NCBI GenBank assembly: GCA_951406725.2
Contig: OX597816.1
Location: 173,786,001-173,850,000 of the forward strand
Direction: 5' to 3'
DNA from: Octopus vulgaris
Lineage: Eukaryota
Length of the DNA stretch: 64,000 nucleotides
Every line of letters starts with the position of its first letter. Within the stretch, counting starts at the first letter, position 1. Below the pieces are notes generated by a model. It saw only the letters and a program-made list of their open reading frames with translations, was not told the origin of the DNA and did not search any database. Below, piece by piece: positions 47,425-60,633 of the stretch. A program made the position numbers and the translations under genes.

Positions 47425-50400
47425 GACAGGATATTCTGAGACCTTTTGTGAAACTGCTACCAATTTACAGAGATTTTTTTAACAGCAGGAGGCTTGTGTA
47501 ATAGCTATTTAACTAATATAGATAATTACTATAACCAGAGTAATGTAAAATATACATTTAGTTACCAGGTTTGTTAGACAAAATAGAGTTAGTCAGCATC
47601 TCAGCAATAGTCTCAGTTCTCTCTCCAGTCAGCTCAGCCATCTTATCTCGTTCTTTATTAGCAGCTCCTGGCTGGGGTGTGACTCCTGAAAATACATTTA
47701 AAAAAGAAACAAAGCTCAATACAAAAGAAACTAGCAAATAATTCTTAATTTCAGCATGATTAGAGGCACTGAAATAAGAAGATAATAAACAGGGACTGAT
47801 AACAACAGGAGTAGACAATAGCATGAATAAATAATTGTAGTGATGCTGCTGTGTAAGGTTCAGCGCACATGCGCAGAATGGGATTACTTCCGGTTGGCCA
47901 CCGGAAGTCTTCCTCATGCGCATGTGCAGGAAACTGACCCCTAAAACGTGGTTCGCTCATTCATTCTTTCTGGCCCAAGCAGCACTCGAGAACGGACGTG
48001 TACTGGCAGTCTCTGAGGACTTCACACCAACCAAGCAGCAAACCACGAATCATTTCGACTAACAAACAAGAATCAGTACTACAGATTTGGCTGTTGGTTT
48101 CCCTCCAGAGAACACGTACACCAGTTCTACATTACGACGAGAAATAAACAACCATTTTGCTGTGTTCGTAGATCGCCTGACTTGTCTGTTATTTTAACTA
48201 AAGTTGAATGTGACGGGATCAGATCGGACACCCCTCCAGTGATACCGAATCTAGATCCTGTTACATAATAATAGGGTGGTTGCCTAAGGTAGAAAGGCTA
48301 GAAGTATAGATACAAAACATGAAAATAAATTTTAAAAGCATAATGAAGTAAAAATGAAACTGAAAATTTCGTACTCAACTATTTAGTAAATAGATAAATG
48401 GTATGAAACATTTCCCTATAGAACAGCAATAAAGCTTAGCTTTCCAAATACCCAGAAGTCTAGTATATAAGGGGCTTGTTACAAGATAAACTATGATTAT
48501 GTATTGTTATATTATCCAGAGAAGCTACTAACATGGAGTGGATGTCCCCAGAGAATACAGTAGAAATTTAGTACAATTTTTAACTATGTATTTCTATCAA
48601 TAACACCTGCAAAATATGGTACAGAATTTCTAACTTGTAATAACATATTCCTCGCAAAGACATCCAGAATATGTGAGACAAATTCATATCAATTGTAACT
48701 ATGGATTTCTGTCCACACAAACCACAATAAAAGAAGTAATTGTAAACAGAAATTTTCTTTAATTTCTTTTTAATGGTTTTTTTTTTTTAATATTAAAAAA
48801 AATGAAGGTTTCTTAAAGATGATGCTAGTATAGTTAATGTTGTTAAAATCTTAAAGTTTGTAAAGGCTGGAGAAAAAATTATTAAGTAAGCAAGTCCCTG
48901 GGTGATGTAACTATCAAGAATAATTTGTTTTATGAAATCTTTAGTTTAGATACCAAAGGAGGAAGACACAGTTGCAAATGAACTGAAGCAAATCTTAATG
49001 AAATGACTTCTATCACTTTCCAAGGGAGTAAATATTAATATGTTATTCCTAAGTATTTGACTAGTGACCTCTCTGTTATGGTCAAACCAGTGAATTGGTA
49101 GAATCTTTACGGCCCTGGAGAGAATGCTCTGCAGTATTTGTTCCACTTCTTGACACTATGTTCAAATCCTACCAAGTTCAACTTTGCCTCTAATTTTTTC
49201 AAGATTAGCAAATAAATTACCAATTCAAGGTGACAACACAGTAAAATTACTAGAATATCAGACAAGACGCTTTGCAGTATCAATTCCCTCTTTTTATACT
49301 TTGACTGGGAAACTGGCAACAACATTGGTATCAAGCCATATCAGCCTTACATTTCTCTAAGATAAAATTGGTTGTGTGAAGAGGGGAGGATTTCATGCAT
49401 GGGGTAATTGTTAGTCTTCCATAAAACACATTGCCCAAGCATACATCTTAGAGAGGAGCTTTCCACATGTAGATCAATAATCTCATGAAATGTGCAAAAA
49501 AACTCAGATATGTATCACTTTTAGAAGCAAAATAACATTTTAGGTAAAGCATTGGAATTTACAGCTTTAGAATTCAAGTGCAATGATAGTAAACATGTTT
49601 GGATAGTAAATGTATATTTCTTTATTTTTTTTTATATTTCTTTATTGCCCACAAGGGGCTAAACATAGAGGGGACAAACAAGGATAGACAAAGGGATTAA
49701 GTCGATTACATCAACCTCAGTGCGAAACTGGTACTTTATTTAGCGACCCCGAAAGGATGAAAGGCAAAGTCGACCTCGGCGGAATTTGAACTCAGAACGT
49801 AACGAAATACCGCTAAGCATTTCGCCCGGCGTGCTAACGTTTCTGCCGTAATTTTACACTCCTCAGTCCCCTACCAGTAGGGAAATCCCCTAAAGAATGT
49901 TTCTGGAATACCTCCTTGCCTTTCTACATTCTTTGCCATGAGTTTGTTAAAAAAAGTCTAACCAGAGATGTTATTCAGCAACGAAAAAAGATGACAATAA
50001 AAGTAGTTACAAATGATTACTTACCAGTGGTCCATTTAGTAATATAAGAAAATATATACTGTTTAAAGTTGTCATCGAAATACTTGTGGTGTGTCCGTAA
50101 GCCATCAAAAAAGGCCACATAAGTGGCTTGAGAGAGAGCTTTGGGAATTTTCTGCAATGTATATTAAAGAATTAAAGTCAAGTGGTAACTTAACATTCAT
50201 CATCATCATCATTTAATATCTGTTTTCCATGCTGGCATGGGTTGGATGGTTTTGACGGGAGCTGTCAAGCTGAAGAGCTGCACCAGGCTCCATTATCTGC
50301 TTTGGCATGGTTTCTATGGCTGGATGCCCTTCCAAGCACCAACAACTTTACAGAGTGTACTGGGTGCTTTTTATGTGGCACCAGTACCAGCACTTAATAT

Positions 50401-53400
50401 TAATCTATAAAAAAAAATAAAGTTAAAATATAGAAAGAGACACATGCAGACACATACACATGTATGAGTGTGTGTATATATGTATATATATATATGTAGT
50501 ATTATATATCCATCATGGCTGACATTACCAATCAGTTTCATACAAGAAACATTCAATGGAGTGTTAGGTGACAATCCGATTATATAACCTTATGCTCATC
50601 AGAGCATAAGGTTTGTTACCTAATGCTCCATTGGTTTCGTTGCGAAAAATCAATTAGTAAGATCAGCCATGATAGCTATATAATACTATATATTTTGGAT
50701 AATATACCCATTCTATTGACAGATGTATGAGTGCATCATTTCCTTGACTTATGATCTGTTAGATGACTCACACACACACATACACACATATAAAAGTAGT
50801 GTACCTGCCATTAATAAAAGGAAATTAAACTAGTAATTTTACTAGTAATTTTGTCTGTTAAAAACACATTTCAGTCTAATATGAATTATATCACTGATTT
50901 TGTATCTCTTCCCAATAATAACTTTTATAATAGTTCAACCAATAATTCTTCACAATTTAGTAAACCTGACATGTGTAGCTTCAGAGGGAGGCGGGGTTGC
51001 CTTTTGAGTAACAATGGTTTCCAGATGAATATAGTACATAAATGTTCAGTCCATACATTCCATAAGATTCACCATTATATTGGAACCACAGCATCAAAAT
51101 TCAAGTTAAGATAGGGTAGCCACTTACATTCCTTGAAGAACAGGCACAGATCATATATTTCATTAGCAAAGTTCATTTGGGATTTGAAGAATACAAATAT
51201 TCATTACTCTATTTTGTAGACTGGACTTCCATATAAAGTGGGGTGAGCAGTTGTAAATTACATTGCATGTGGTACTTGAAATTCTAAGATGTAAATCTGA
51301 ACTAATTAACAAACGTAATGCGTTGTTAATCCATTGGCCACACCAGATTAATAAAACCTTTTTGAGGATTCCATTTAACTAACCTATGTATTGTATTATA
51401 TTATAAAACTTCATATAAATTTCTGTTGATTACACTTCATTTCACTTTGTTGTTATCATCCTTCTTTGATTTTTTTTCTATACTTATTGTTCTACAACAA
51501 TTTTATCCTTTGTAACTCTCTAGAACTTTAATTTTACATTTATTTTCTCGCTCCCAATTATCTTATCACTTCCCACTGTAATTTTTCATTTTGCTGTATA
51601 ACTATTTACTGGTTCCATTTAATACAGTGATATTTTTTTTTATCATTAATCTTTTGTGCTTTACATCTTTCAGTCATTGGACAGAGATATGCTGGGAAAC
51701 AGCATTGAAGGGTTTAGTCAAACAAATTAAACATCTATTTATTTTTTATGACTTATTCTACCAGTCTCTTTTACTGAACTGTTAAATTACAGGGATGGAA
51801 ATAAACTGATATTGGTTGTCACATGGTGCAAGGGACAAACACAAACACACCCTCACACACATACATACATATATAAGATAGACTTCCACACAGTTTCCAT
51901 CAACAAAATTCATTCTATATAAGATAGGCTTCCACACAGTTTCCATCAACAAAATTCACTCACAAAGCATTGGTTGGTCTGGGGTTATTACTGAAGAAAA
52001 CTGCCCAAGATGCTGCACAGTGGAAACAGCTATGCCTGTACCTAATATTCATATATATCTTAAAGTATTGAGTTGGAAGAATCATTAACACACTGGGCAA
52101 AATGCTTAGCAACATTTCATTCATCTTACATTCTGAGTTCAAATAACAACTCTTTCATAACATTCATCATATAGTATTATTAATTTCAATATGTAAAATT
52201 ATATGTAGATTGGAACATCATGGTTTTATCTATAACACTGTGTAACAATTTTTTTTTTTCTTATCTTTGGTCATTAAGTGTTATTTCCAATTTGCTTCTA
52301 TCTAAAAATCAAAAGAAATGACTACTATTCCCTTCAAACATTGCTTTTGTGACCTGGACATCAATGTTTTGTGACTGACCTATTTTCCAAGCAAATATTC
52401 TGCTCAGTTCCACAGATTTGCTTGTCAGTTGCCTGACTGTAACCCCTTGAGCATGTCCCTTAGCAGCTGACACTATGATCCTCTGCCCTGAATGAAATCT
52501 ACAACCAAATCACAAGAACAACAAAGCTCTAATAAGGCACTTAAGCAACATACACAATTTCCAAGTAAAGTACAAATCAAGAAAGACATGGGATCATATT
52601 TTAACAATCCAGTGCCCTTACTTGCACTCAAGGAAGATTTTGAAATCTCCAGCGATGAACAATGTAAGAAATAAATAAATTAGAAGCAAAATAACAAATG
52701 TTAAGAAACTACTCTGATCAATGCAAATGAACATTTTAATTTTTCTAAAGATAACTTGTATTAATTAGTAGGTTTTAGAATTTTTTTTTTTTTAATTATT
52801 CTATATAAATATTTGAGTTTTATAGATTTATGATTTATCAGATTGTATATGGTATAATATCCTTCACCCGTCCCCTCATCTTTGTATAACTTGTCCACCT
52901 GATCCCTGTGATTGATAAAAAAAAATAATACTGTCACATCATCACCATCATCATCATTATATTGTTTATATAAAATGGCTTTGGTGGCAATAATGAAGGA
53001 AGAATCATTACTTTTATTATTATGAAAAAACAATATTAAATACAAGAAGAAACTGATTCCAGTTTGACAATTATTATCCATGGAGTGGCTGTGTGGTAAG
53101 TAGCTTGCTAACCAACCACATGGTTCTGGGTTCAGTCCCACTGCGTGGCATCTTGGGCAAGTGTCTTCTGCTATAGCCCCGGGCCGACCAATGCCTTGTG
53201 AGTGGATTTGGTAGACGGAAACTGAAAGAAGCCTGTCGTATATATGTATATATATACATATGTATGTGTGTGTGTTTGTGTGTCTGTGTTTGTTCCCCTA
53301 GTATTGCTTGACAACCGATGCTGTTGTGTTTACATCCCCATCACTTAGCAGTTCGGCAAAAAGAGACAGATAGAATAAGTACTGGGCTTACAAAAAGAAT

Positions 53401-54996
53401 AAGTCCCGGGGTCGAGTTGCTCGACTAAAGGCAGTGCTCCAGCATGGCCGCAGTCAAATGACTGAAACAAGTAAAAGAGTAAAGAGTAATTTCTAAGCAT
53501 TATAAAACATTTTATTGAAGAGCAAAAATTTACTTAGAGAAGTAAATCACATTCCTGTGATGATGGTGAAAATAAAGTCAAAAAGATTTTATACATTTTT
53601 GGGTAATAATGAAAGCATTTTTTAAATTTTTATTTTCTCTCTCTGATCATTGATGAAGCTTCTTATGGTAATGTAAAACGAATTAATGAATGTCTTTAAA
53701 ATGCAGCAAGTATTTATTAGTATCAGAATACTTTCCATGCCAGATCAGACAGCAATAAATGGATGGAAGCACTCCATCGGTTACGACGACGAGGGTTCCG
53801 GTTGATCCGATCAACAGAACAGCCTGCTTGTGAAATTAACGTGTAAGTGGCTGAGCACTCCACAGACACGTGTACCCTTAACGTAGTTCTCAGGGATATT
53901 CAGCGTGACACAGAGAGTGACAAGGCTGGCCCTCTGAAATACAGGTACAACAGAAACAGGAAGTAAGAGTGAGAGAAAGAACCCCTGCCAGAGCCTCGTG
54001 GAGCTTTAGGTGCTTTCGCTCAATAAACACTCACAACGCCCGGTCTGGGAATTGAAACAGCGATCCTACGACCGCGAGTCCGCTGCCCTAACCACTGGGC
54101 CATTGCACCTCCATAGCAATAAATATCACCAAGAGAGAACAACAATTCTAAGCTAATGACTGATGTGATTTATCCCCAAAGCATGCTAAGTGCTGCTCAG
54201 TACATGGATCATTTGAGAGAGAACATCAGAGAAGTCACATCAAATATACGACACAATAAGTAGAGAAGTCATTTCATATTGTAATGTCTTCTTCAAAACA
54301 GTTGTGTCACAGCAGCTACACATAACAGAATATAAACTTCAAAGAAGAAACCAAACAAAAATATTTATGATGTTATGAAATGTCAGTTTGTGAGAAATAT
54401 GAAGAATCAGAGGAGAAAGCTAGATTCTTTTCAGTTAAGAATAAAGTATTTTACACAGTAACCAATAATCTAACAACATCAGCAACACATAGCTTTATGA
54501 AAAGAGAGGCAGCTGCCACCTGAGCTTTGACTTTATGACTAGTAAACTGGCATTTCTTAGGATACATCATGTCAATCGGCTGTATAGCTGAATATTTTGA
54601 AGAAGCAAGTTTAAAAATCTCATTGTCAAATACCTGTTTGTCTCTAAGTGACTCTATAAAATGACCTCACTGCTATCAGAGGCTACCAAAAATTACAAAT
54701 AATTTGGATGCCCTCAGAAAATGTAAATTATTGCAAGAAATATTGTAGAAATGTTTGTAAATTCTAAAGGAAATTGCTATGGCATGCAGTACTGTTAATA
54801 ATGATAATCCTCTTTTATGTTGTCATGTGGAAACAAATGTATAAGGGTAGTAGTAGTAGTAGTAGTAGTAGTAGTAACAACAACAACTTACATCAAGAAT
54901 GACATCACTATAACCAGTTGGGATGGACATTAGCATTGCAACATATTTTTCAGCCATGCGTGAAAATAGCAGTTCTTTGCTTTGATGCTTGGTAGG
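38831..54996 (-). CDS. FAM227B: FAM227-family protein (FWWh domain, FAM227B-like), partial spliced gene
   Basis: Five phase-compatible exons. Peptides ELLFSRMAEKYVAMLMSIP, IPKALSQATYVAFFDG..FDDNFKQYI..ITKWTTG and KVKFDLYSQCPLVKY resemble, from memory, human FAM227B LFDRISESYVTLFMSIP, YPDCLAQAIYATF..FNDEFKEDL..LWLSG and VLFNFGGQSPLILYY. 5' exons not found in the window. Confidence 0.8.
39061..39139. repeat. (CT)n microsatellite
   Basis: Read directly. Confidence 0.95.
39600..40330 (-). mobile_element. Decayed Tc1/mariner-superfamily transposase fragment
   Basis: Minus-strand WSDEVTFKLNG, VTVW..L..KGLIEPFYF and EQDG.P.H remnants. Confidence 0.65.
40330..41900 (-). mobile_element. Decayed RTE LINE (endonuclease to RT N-terminus)
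   Basis: LIVMGNFNACLG..WKGVLGHHGVGQMNSN and ILKRWKDHFKAVLN motifs. Confidence 0.8.
41943..42215 (-). mobile_element. Jockey/L2-type RT fragment
   Basis: LFSDHQHNFYRATSTGDPLSYITHQW resembles LLSDxQYGFR..RSTGDLL. Confidence 0.6.
42874..43269 (-). mobile_element. SINE family A
   Basis: Reverse-complement copy. Confidence 0.9.
44175..44317 (-). CDS. FAM227B: FAM227 exon (VKLDITMQDLEDQQKYQENK...KETRE)
   Basis: tattag| acceptor, GAG|gtaaca donor, 143 nt, phase 1-0. Confidence 0.75.
45463..46749 (+). mobile_element. Full-length decayed mariner transposon (1287 bp)
   Basis: TA TSDs; TIRs TTGAATCATCCCCTAAATAAT and ATTATTTATGGGATGACCCAA. Confidence 0.92.
45646..46696 (+). pseudogene. Mariner DD34D transposase pseudogene
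   Basis: HTH region, WVPHKL, TGNGKW (from TGDEKW), FHQDNA and HPPYLPDIAPSDYHLF, with stops and frameshifts. Confidence 0.92.
46855..47256 (+). mobile_element. SINE family A
   Basis: Full-length copy. Confidence 0.9.
47566..47685 (-). CDS. FAM227B: FAM227 exon (GVTPQPGAANKERDKMAELTG...SNKP)
   Basis: tttcag| acceptor, G|gtaact donor, 120 nt, phase 1-1. Confidence 0.8.
47836..48265 (+). mobile_element. Solo LTR (Gypsy-like), paralog of 21273
   Basis: TGTA...TACA termini, 4-bp TSD TAAT, AATAAA near 48143. Confidence 0.85.
49634..49849 (-). mobile_element. SINE family D
   Basis: Family match. Confidence 0.85.
50025..50151 (-). CDS. FAM227B: FAM227 exon (KIPKALSQATYVAFFDGLRTHHKYFDDNFKQYIFSYITKWTT-G)
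   Basis: tgcag| acceptor, G|gtaagt donor, 127 nt, phase 0-1. Confidence 0.87.
50197..50395 (-). mobile_element. Degraded SINE family C
   Basis: (CAT)n plus core. Confidence 0.7.
53082..53487 (+). mobile_element. SINE family A
   Basis: Full-length copy. Confidence 0.9.
53761..54114 (-). mobile_element. SINE family B (internal deletion) with 10-bp TSD
   Basis: AGCAATAAAT at 53751-53760 and 54115-54124. Confidence 0.88.
54892..54996 (-). CDS. FAM227B: FAM227 exon (PTKHQSKELLFSRMAEKYVAMLMSIPTGYSDVILD)
   Basis: Minus-strand polypyrimidine+acag| acceptor, GAT|gtaagt donor, 105 nt, phase 0-0. Confidence 0.85.
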
Positions 54997-55201
54997 CTGT
55001 AAATAGAAAAGAAAAGAAACAATCTCTAATTATGCAGTACAAAACATTAACTACAACCTATTTGGTGCTAAAAACAACAACAACACTAAGTGATGCTGTA
55101 CCACTTGTTAAGACATTTAGAACCATATTGTCACTAAACTAAGTGATCTGTTGGAAGACCTGTCTACATCATTGTTGGGTCATTCTCCTCAGCTACGGTG
55201 G

Positions 55202-55261
55202 CAACAACAACAACAACAATAACACCACCACCACCACCACCACCACCACCATCACCATCAC

Positions 55262-55302
<41 letters not shown>
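55202..55302. repeat. Compound (CAA)(CAC)(CAT) microsatellite
   Basis: Read directly. Confidence 0.95.
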
Positions 55303-55500
55303 GAAATGTCATTTTGATGCTCATTTTCCAACACTGATGTGAGTCGGATGGATTTGCATCATGTTAACTTATCTGCAAAGTTCAATGTTCTCAGCTCTGA
55401 CCAAGGTACATGATCGCATGTCATCCTTTATCAAGAATATCTTCCACTACCAAATGATTTCATCTGTATCATTCCTGTTAAATTACATAACAACACCATA

Positions 55501-55922
55501 GGCGCAGGAGTGGCTGTGTGGTAAGTAGCTTGCTAACCAACCACATGGTTCCGGGTTCAGTCCCACTGTGTGGCATCTTGGGCAAGTGTCTTCTGCTATA
55601 GCCCCGGGCCGACCAATGCCTTGTGAGTGGATTTGGTAGACGGAAACTGAAAGAAGCCTGTCGTATATATGTATATATATATGTATGTGCATGTTTGTGT
55701 TTGTGTGTTTGTCCCACTAGCATTGCTTGTCAACCGATGCTGGTGTGTTTATGTCATCGTTACTTAGCGGTTCGGCAAAAAGAGACCGATAGAATAAGTA
55801 CTGGGCTTACAAAGAATAAATCCTGGGGTCGATTTGCTTGACTAAAGGCGGTGCCCCAGCATGGCTACAGTCAAATGACTGAAACAAGTAAAAGAGTAAA
55901 AGAGTAAAGAGTAAAAGAGAGT
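55501..55922 (+). mobile_element. SINE family A
   Basis: Full-length copy. Confidence 0.9.
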
Positions 55923-56665
55923 AGTTGTCTCTAAACAACGATGATCCGCTTTACCATCTCACTTGCACTTTTCTTTGGCATTTTTATGCAAAATTTCATC
56001 CTTCACAGGTTTAATGATTGACTATTTATTTCAAGTATTATTTCTCACTTTTCTTATAAATAACAAAACTGGTATATTTCTTATTACATGTTTCAGAAAG
56101 GATTGGAATGTTGTAAATAATGGTTTCTATTTATTTATTTATTTAATTTTGAAAATCCTATGTAATTTTTTCTTTTCTATTGTTGGCTGTCACCATAGCA
56201 AAATAAACTATATATTTTCTTAAACCTCTACCACTCAATTATGTTTAAATTCTGAGATAATGAGTGCTTTTAAGGCTTGATTTATTATGATTCTCATATT
56301 TCATATGTAACTGAAACTGACCTTTACAATGTTCCTATTAAATAATATGGAAATTACAGCAGGATAGAAAATTCTCACAGAACATCATTATCATCATCTT
56401 TACTTAATGTCCGTTTTCTATGCTTGTATGGGTTGGATGGTTCGACTGAAAACTGGCAAGCTGGAGAGCTACACCAGGTTCCAATCTGATTTGATATGGT
56501 TTTTATGGTTGGATGCCCTTCCTAATGCCAACCACTCCAAAAAGTGTAGTGGTTACTTTTTACATACCACCAGCATGGTTGCCAGTTATACAGCATTGGC
56601 ATCGGGCATGACTACGACCACACTTGGCGTGACAAGTCTTTTCAAGCATGGTGTATTGCCAACGG

Positions 56666-57056
56666 TGGAGGTGTAATGGCCCAGTGGTTAGGGCAGCGGA
56701 CTCGCGGTCGTAGGATCGCGGTTTCGATTCCCAGACCGGGCGTTGTGAGTGTTTATTGAGCAAAAACACCTAAAAGCTCCACAAGGCTCCGGCAGGGGAT
56801 GGTGGTGATCCCTGCTGTACTCTTTCACCACAACTTTCTCTCACTCTTACTTCCTGTTTCTGTTGTACCTGTATTTCAAAGGGCCGGCCTTGTCACTCTC
56901 TGTGTCACGCTGAATATGTGTCACTGCGTTAAGGGTACACGTGTCTGTGGAGTGCTCAGCCACTTACACATTAATTTCACGAGCAGGCTATTCCGTTGAT
57001 CGGATCAACCAGAACCCTCGTCGTCGTAACCGACGGAGTGCTTCCATCCCCATCCA
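56666..57056 (+). mobile_element. SINE family B, inserted in or next to a degraded family C copy (56383-56660)
   Basis: tRNA-like head and (TCCA)n tail. Confidence 0.88.
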
Positions 57057-57109
57057 TAGTGCCACTGATTTCAGTCTTTTGGCATCTCATCCCTAAGGTT
57101 CAACATCTT

Positions 57110-59760
57110 GAGGCTGGTCTTCACTGTTTCATCTCACATCTTCCTAAGATTCCCTCCTCCACAGCTTCTTCCCACATTTAGCAATCAGCACTTCTTTACA
57201 CAACTGTCCTCATCTATATGCATCACATGCATCACTATATCAGTGCAGTCTTCTCTCTTGCACATTACATCTGATGCCTTTTATACTCAATTTTTCTTTC
57301 AACACAGTTGTACTTTGCAGTACATGTACATTCAGTGGAGCATGTTAGCTTCATTTTTTTCTAGTCCTCACATGTCCTCTGTATTCATAGCCTAAGTTTC
57401 ACCACCATGCAGTATTGATGTTTGTAAACAAGCATCATACAATCTGCTTTTTACTCTAAGAGAGTCCTTTTGTTACCATCAATGCAATGTACTCTAGTAG
57501 CTATACATTCAGAGCATATCCTTCCACTGCTAATTAGGTCATGTAGGTAACAGAAATTATCTATTACATCTAAGGATCCTACAGGGCATTCCAGAAAAAT
57601 CTATTTCACGTGTGTTATTAGTGTTTATTGCAGCAGTATATATGCCACAAAGGAAGTTTACTTTCTCTGCTAACCTTCCTTTGATTCCGCTGCACCTTTT
57701 ATGTATCCATAGTTTGCATTGAGTACACCATGTAGAATTTCTACCTACATCTTTTCTAAATAGTGAATAGGGCCAGTTACCTGAAGGGATTAACATCCTA
57801 TCTGTTTTTCCTACTAAGAACTTTGGTCTGTGTTAAGTTAAACTTAAGGTCCTTTGATTATAGGATTTGCTTCCACATCTGGAATTTCATTTCTAATTCT
57901 ACTACAGTTTCAGCTATAAGAACAAGGTCATTAGCACAGAGGAGTTTCCATAGGCAACCAGTCTTAAATTCCTCAGTTGTAGATAGGAAGACTACAATAA
58001 ATAGGAAAGGAATGACAACTGAACCCTAGTGAACTCCTACTTGCACACTAAATTCATTGCTGTACTCATGCCCAACTCTCACCTTACATGGCTAGAACAA
58101 TTCTCACCAGCCATTCATTTACTCTTCCCTTCTGCAGTGACCACAAGATGAAGCAGCAAGCAACCTGTCAAAGCTTTCTCCAGTACAGTGATTTACTTTT
58201 GGATAAATATTTCTCCTGAAGTTACCTTATGAGAAAGAGAGCATCAGTAGTGTTCTCCCAAGTACAAAACCAAACTGTATTTAATTTAACTCTCTTCCTA
58301 ATTAGTTAACTTGTAACTCTTTCTATACTTTCATGCTCAAGCCCAACAATTTTATCCCTCTGTAATTACTTCTAAGGCATCTCCTTTATCCTTATAACAG
58401 TTGACAATAATGCTGTTACACCAGCTGTTGGGTATGATACCTTCCTGTACAACTTGATTTACTATACAGGTGACTAGGCTGTATCCCACGCCATCAGATA
58501 TTTGAAGCATCTCAGTAATAATTAGTGGTGGGTCAGCATCTTTCCCTGTCTTCATGTGGTGAAGCGTGATTTAAAGCCTAGGCCTATTTGGCTGCTATTT
58601 TTAGCACATGTGACAACCATCTCAATGACTGCAACAAAAATATTCAGTCGATAACCAAGTCCACTTTTTTAATACAAAGGGACATCTCATGCGAGTAGTC
58701 AAATCAATTAAAGTGCATCCTTATTCTAGGCATGCCAAGATATAAGTAAATGCAGAATGAATTTCTAAAAATTCTTTGTCACCCATAAAAGGTTCCCCAT
58801 CACCCACCAAAATCTCAAATCGCCCACCATTTTCTAGAAATTCCCCCATCACCCACCTGTAAGTTGAAATCGCCCACTGGTGGGCAATACCGCTTCATCT
58901 ATCATACTGCTGTCAACATGAATAGCAGAACCTGCTCTTTATTCCATTCATTCTCTATTATAGCACCTCCATGCTTCTTTGCTTTCAGAATCACTGTGTA
59001 GAAGTGCACGATTACCCTTCTGTACACACATCTCCACCACTTCTTGATTTCCTCTGAATCACTGCATCTTCTCCTCATGCCATAGAACATTGATAAACCT
59101 CTTTCTTTCAGTTTCTTCCCTCGCTGTCTTCTAGCTTCTCTTCAAGCTACTTGCTATACTTTTCTGCTGCTCCCATTCTTCCAGTCCTGCCTCTTCATTT
59201 TATGGCACTATATCCCTCACTGTTCCAACACCATGTCAACCTTAATCAGGTGGGACTTTACACCAGCAAGTTGTTCTATAAGGACTTCCATTTGTCTTGT
59301 ATGTTATATATTTCTGTCTCTTCCTTCTCATCAAATGCTTCCATTAAAACTTATCTAAATCTCTAACTGTTAAAAGGATCCTTAAGCGTCCATATACTCC
59401 TTTTCCAGATAAGTTTGTCTCTGAGTCCAAATAGCTCTTAGTTTTTGTTACTAACTACTAACCTATATTGTATAGTACATTCTTCACAAAAAAAGACTGC
59501 ATTCACAAGAGTCTCCTTTACCTGTTTTTTGGTGAGAATGTAGTCAATCTGGTTTATGTGCCCACCAGATTGATAGTTGATTAAGTGGCTGGTAGGCTTT
59601 CTGAGTTAGTGCTGCATATCAACCAACCAGTCAGTCACATCACAGAACTCCAGCAGCCTTGTTCTCTCCTCATTTCTAGAATCAAATCTGTAAGCTCTGT
59701 GTATACCATGAAATCCAATGGAGTGCTACCTAACATGTCTGATGAAACCACCTGCCTCAA
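57110..59760 (-). mobile_element. Decayed RTE LINE (EN-RT), interrupted by a 337-bp insertion
   Basis: MKTGKDA.P..I..EML..GIIPNSWCNSIIVNCYKDKGDALE and CTQCKLWIHKRCSGIKG motifs. Confidence 0.8.
58556..58892 (+). repeat. 337-bp near-identical copy of 63224-63560
   Basis: Same length, two substitutions seen, flanked by a CTTCAT direct repeat. Confidence 0.92.
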
Positions 59761-59778
59761 ATTGATGCATGTGTGTGT

Positions 59779-59813
<35 letters not shown>

Positions 59814-60243
59814 AGCTTGAACAGTGAGAATAATGCCTAACGAACTCAAACAACTAAGAAATTGAGATACTGCCATTGTCAGAACAGTACACTCTTTCTA
59901 TTGTATGGCTTTTACTCCTTAATAATTTCACAGCAAGACTACTTAAGCATTCTTATACAGAACTAGATAAATAATTTTCTATATGGTATATTATGTACTT
60001 TACTTCACATAGTGTATTAGTTTGCATGTAAGACAAGCATAAATTTATCTTATAAGCAAGCATATAAAAAAATAAAAACAAGAAAAAATATTTCATTACA
60101 TCAAATAATTATTATTCTCATAATTAACCTTAATTTACATAGCTGTGAGAAATGTTTAAATATTGCTGCTAGAAACTGGGTATCTTATTTATTGTCTGCC
60201 AATATACTAATGTGTAACACTAGCTATGTATACACACACTCAG

Positions 60244-60633
60244 TGGAGGCGCAATGGCCCAGTGGTTAGGGCAGCAGACTCACGGTCGTAGGATCGCGGT
60301 TTCGATTCCCAGACCGGGCGTTGTGAGTGTTTATTGAGCGAAAACACCTAAAGCTCCACAAGGCTCCGGCAGGGATGGTGGTGATCCCTGCTGTACTCTT
60401 TCACCACAACTTTCTCTCACTCTTACTTCCTGTTTCTGTTGTACCTGTATTTCAAAGGGCCGACCTTGTCACTCTCTGTGTCACGCTGAATATCCCCGAG
60501 AACTACGTTAAGGGTACACGTGTCTGTGGAGTGCTCAGCCACTTACACGTTAATTTCACGAGCAGGCTGTTCCGTTGATTCGGATCAACCGGAACCCTCG
60601 TCGTCGTAACCGACGGAGTGCTTCCATCCATCC
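60244..60633 (+). mobile_element. Full-length tRNA-derived SINE family B with 32-bp TSD
   Basis: A/B boxes, (TCCA)n tail; ACTAATGTGTAACACTAGCTATGTATACACAC at 60206-60237 and 60634-60665. Confidence 0.92.

Noticed and set aside
60244-60320. tRNA-like sequence (also at 56666, 24469 and the SINE A/D heads)
   Set aside because: These are SINE heads followed by body, tail and TSD, with no proper acceptor stem, so they are not called as tRNA genes.
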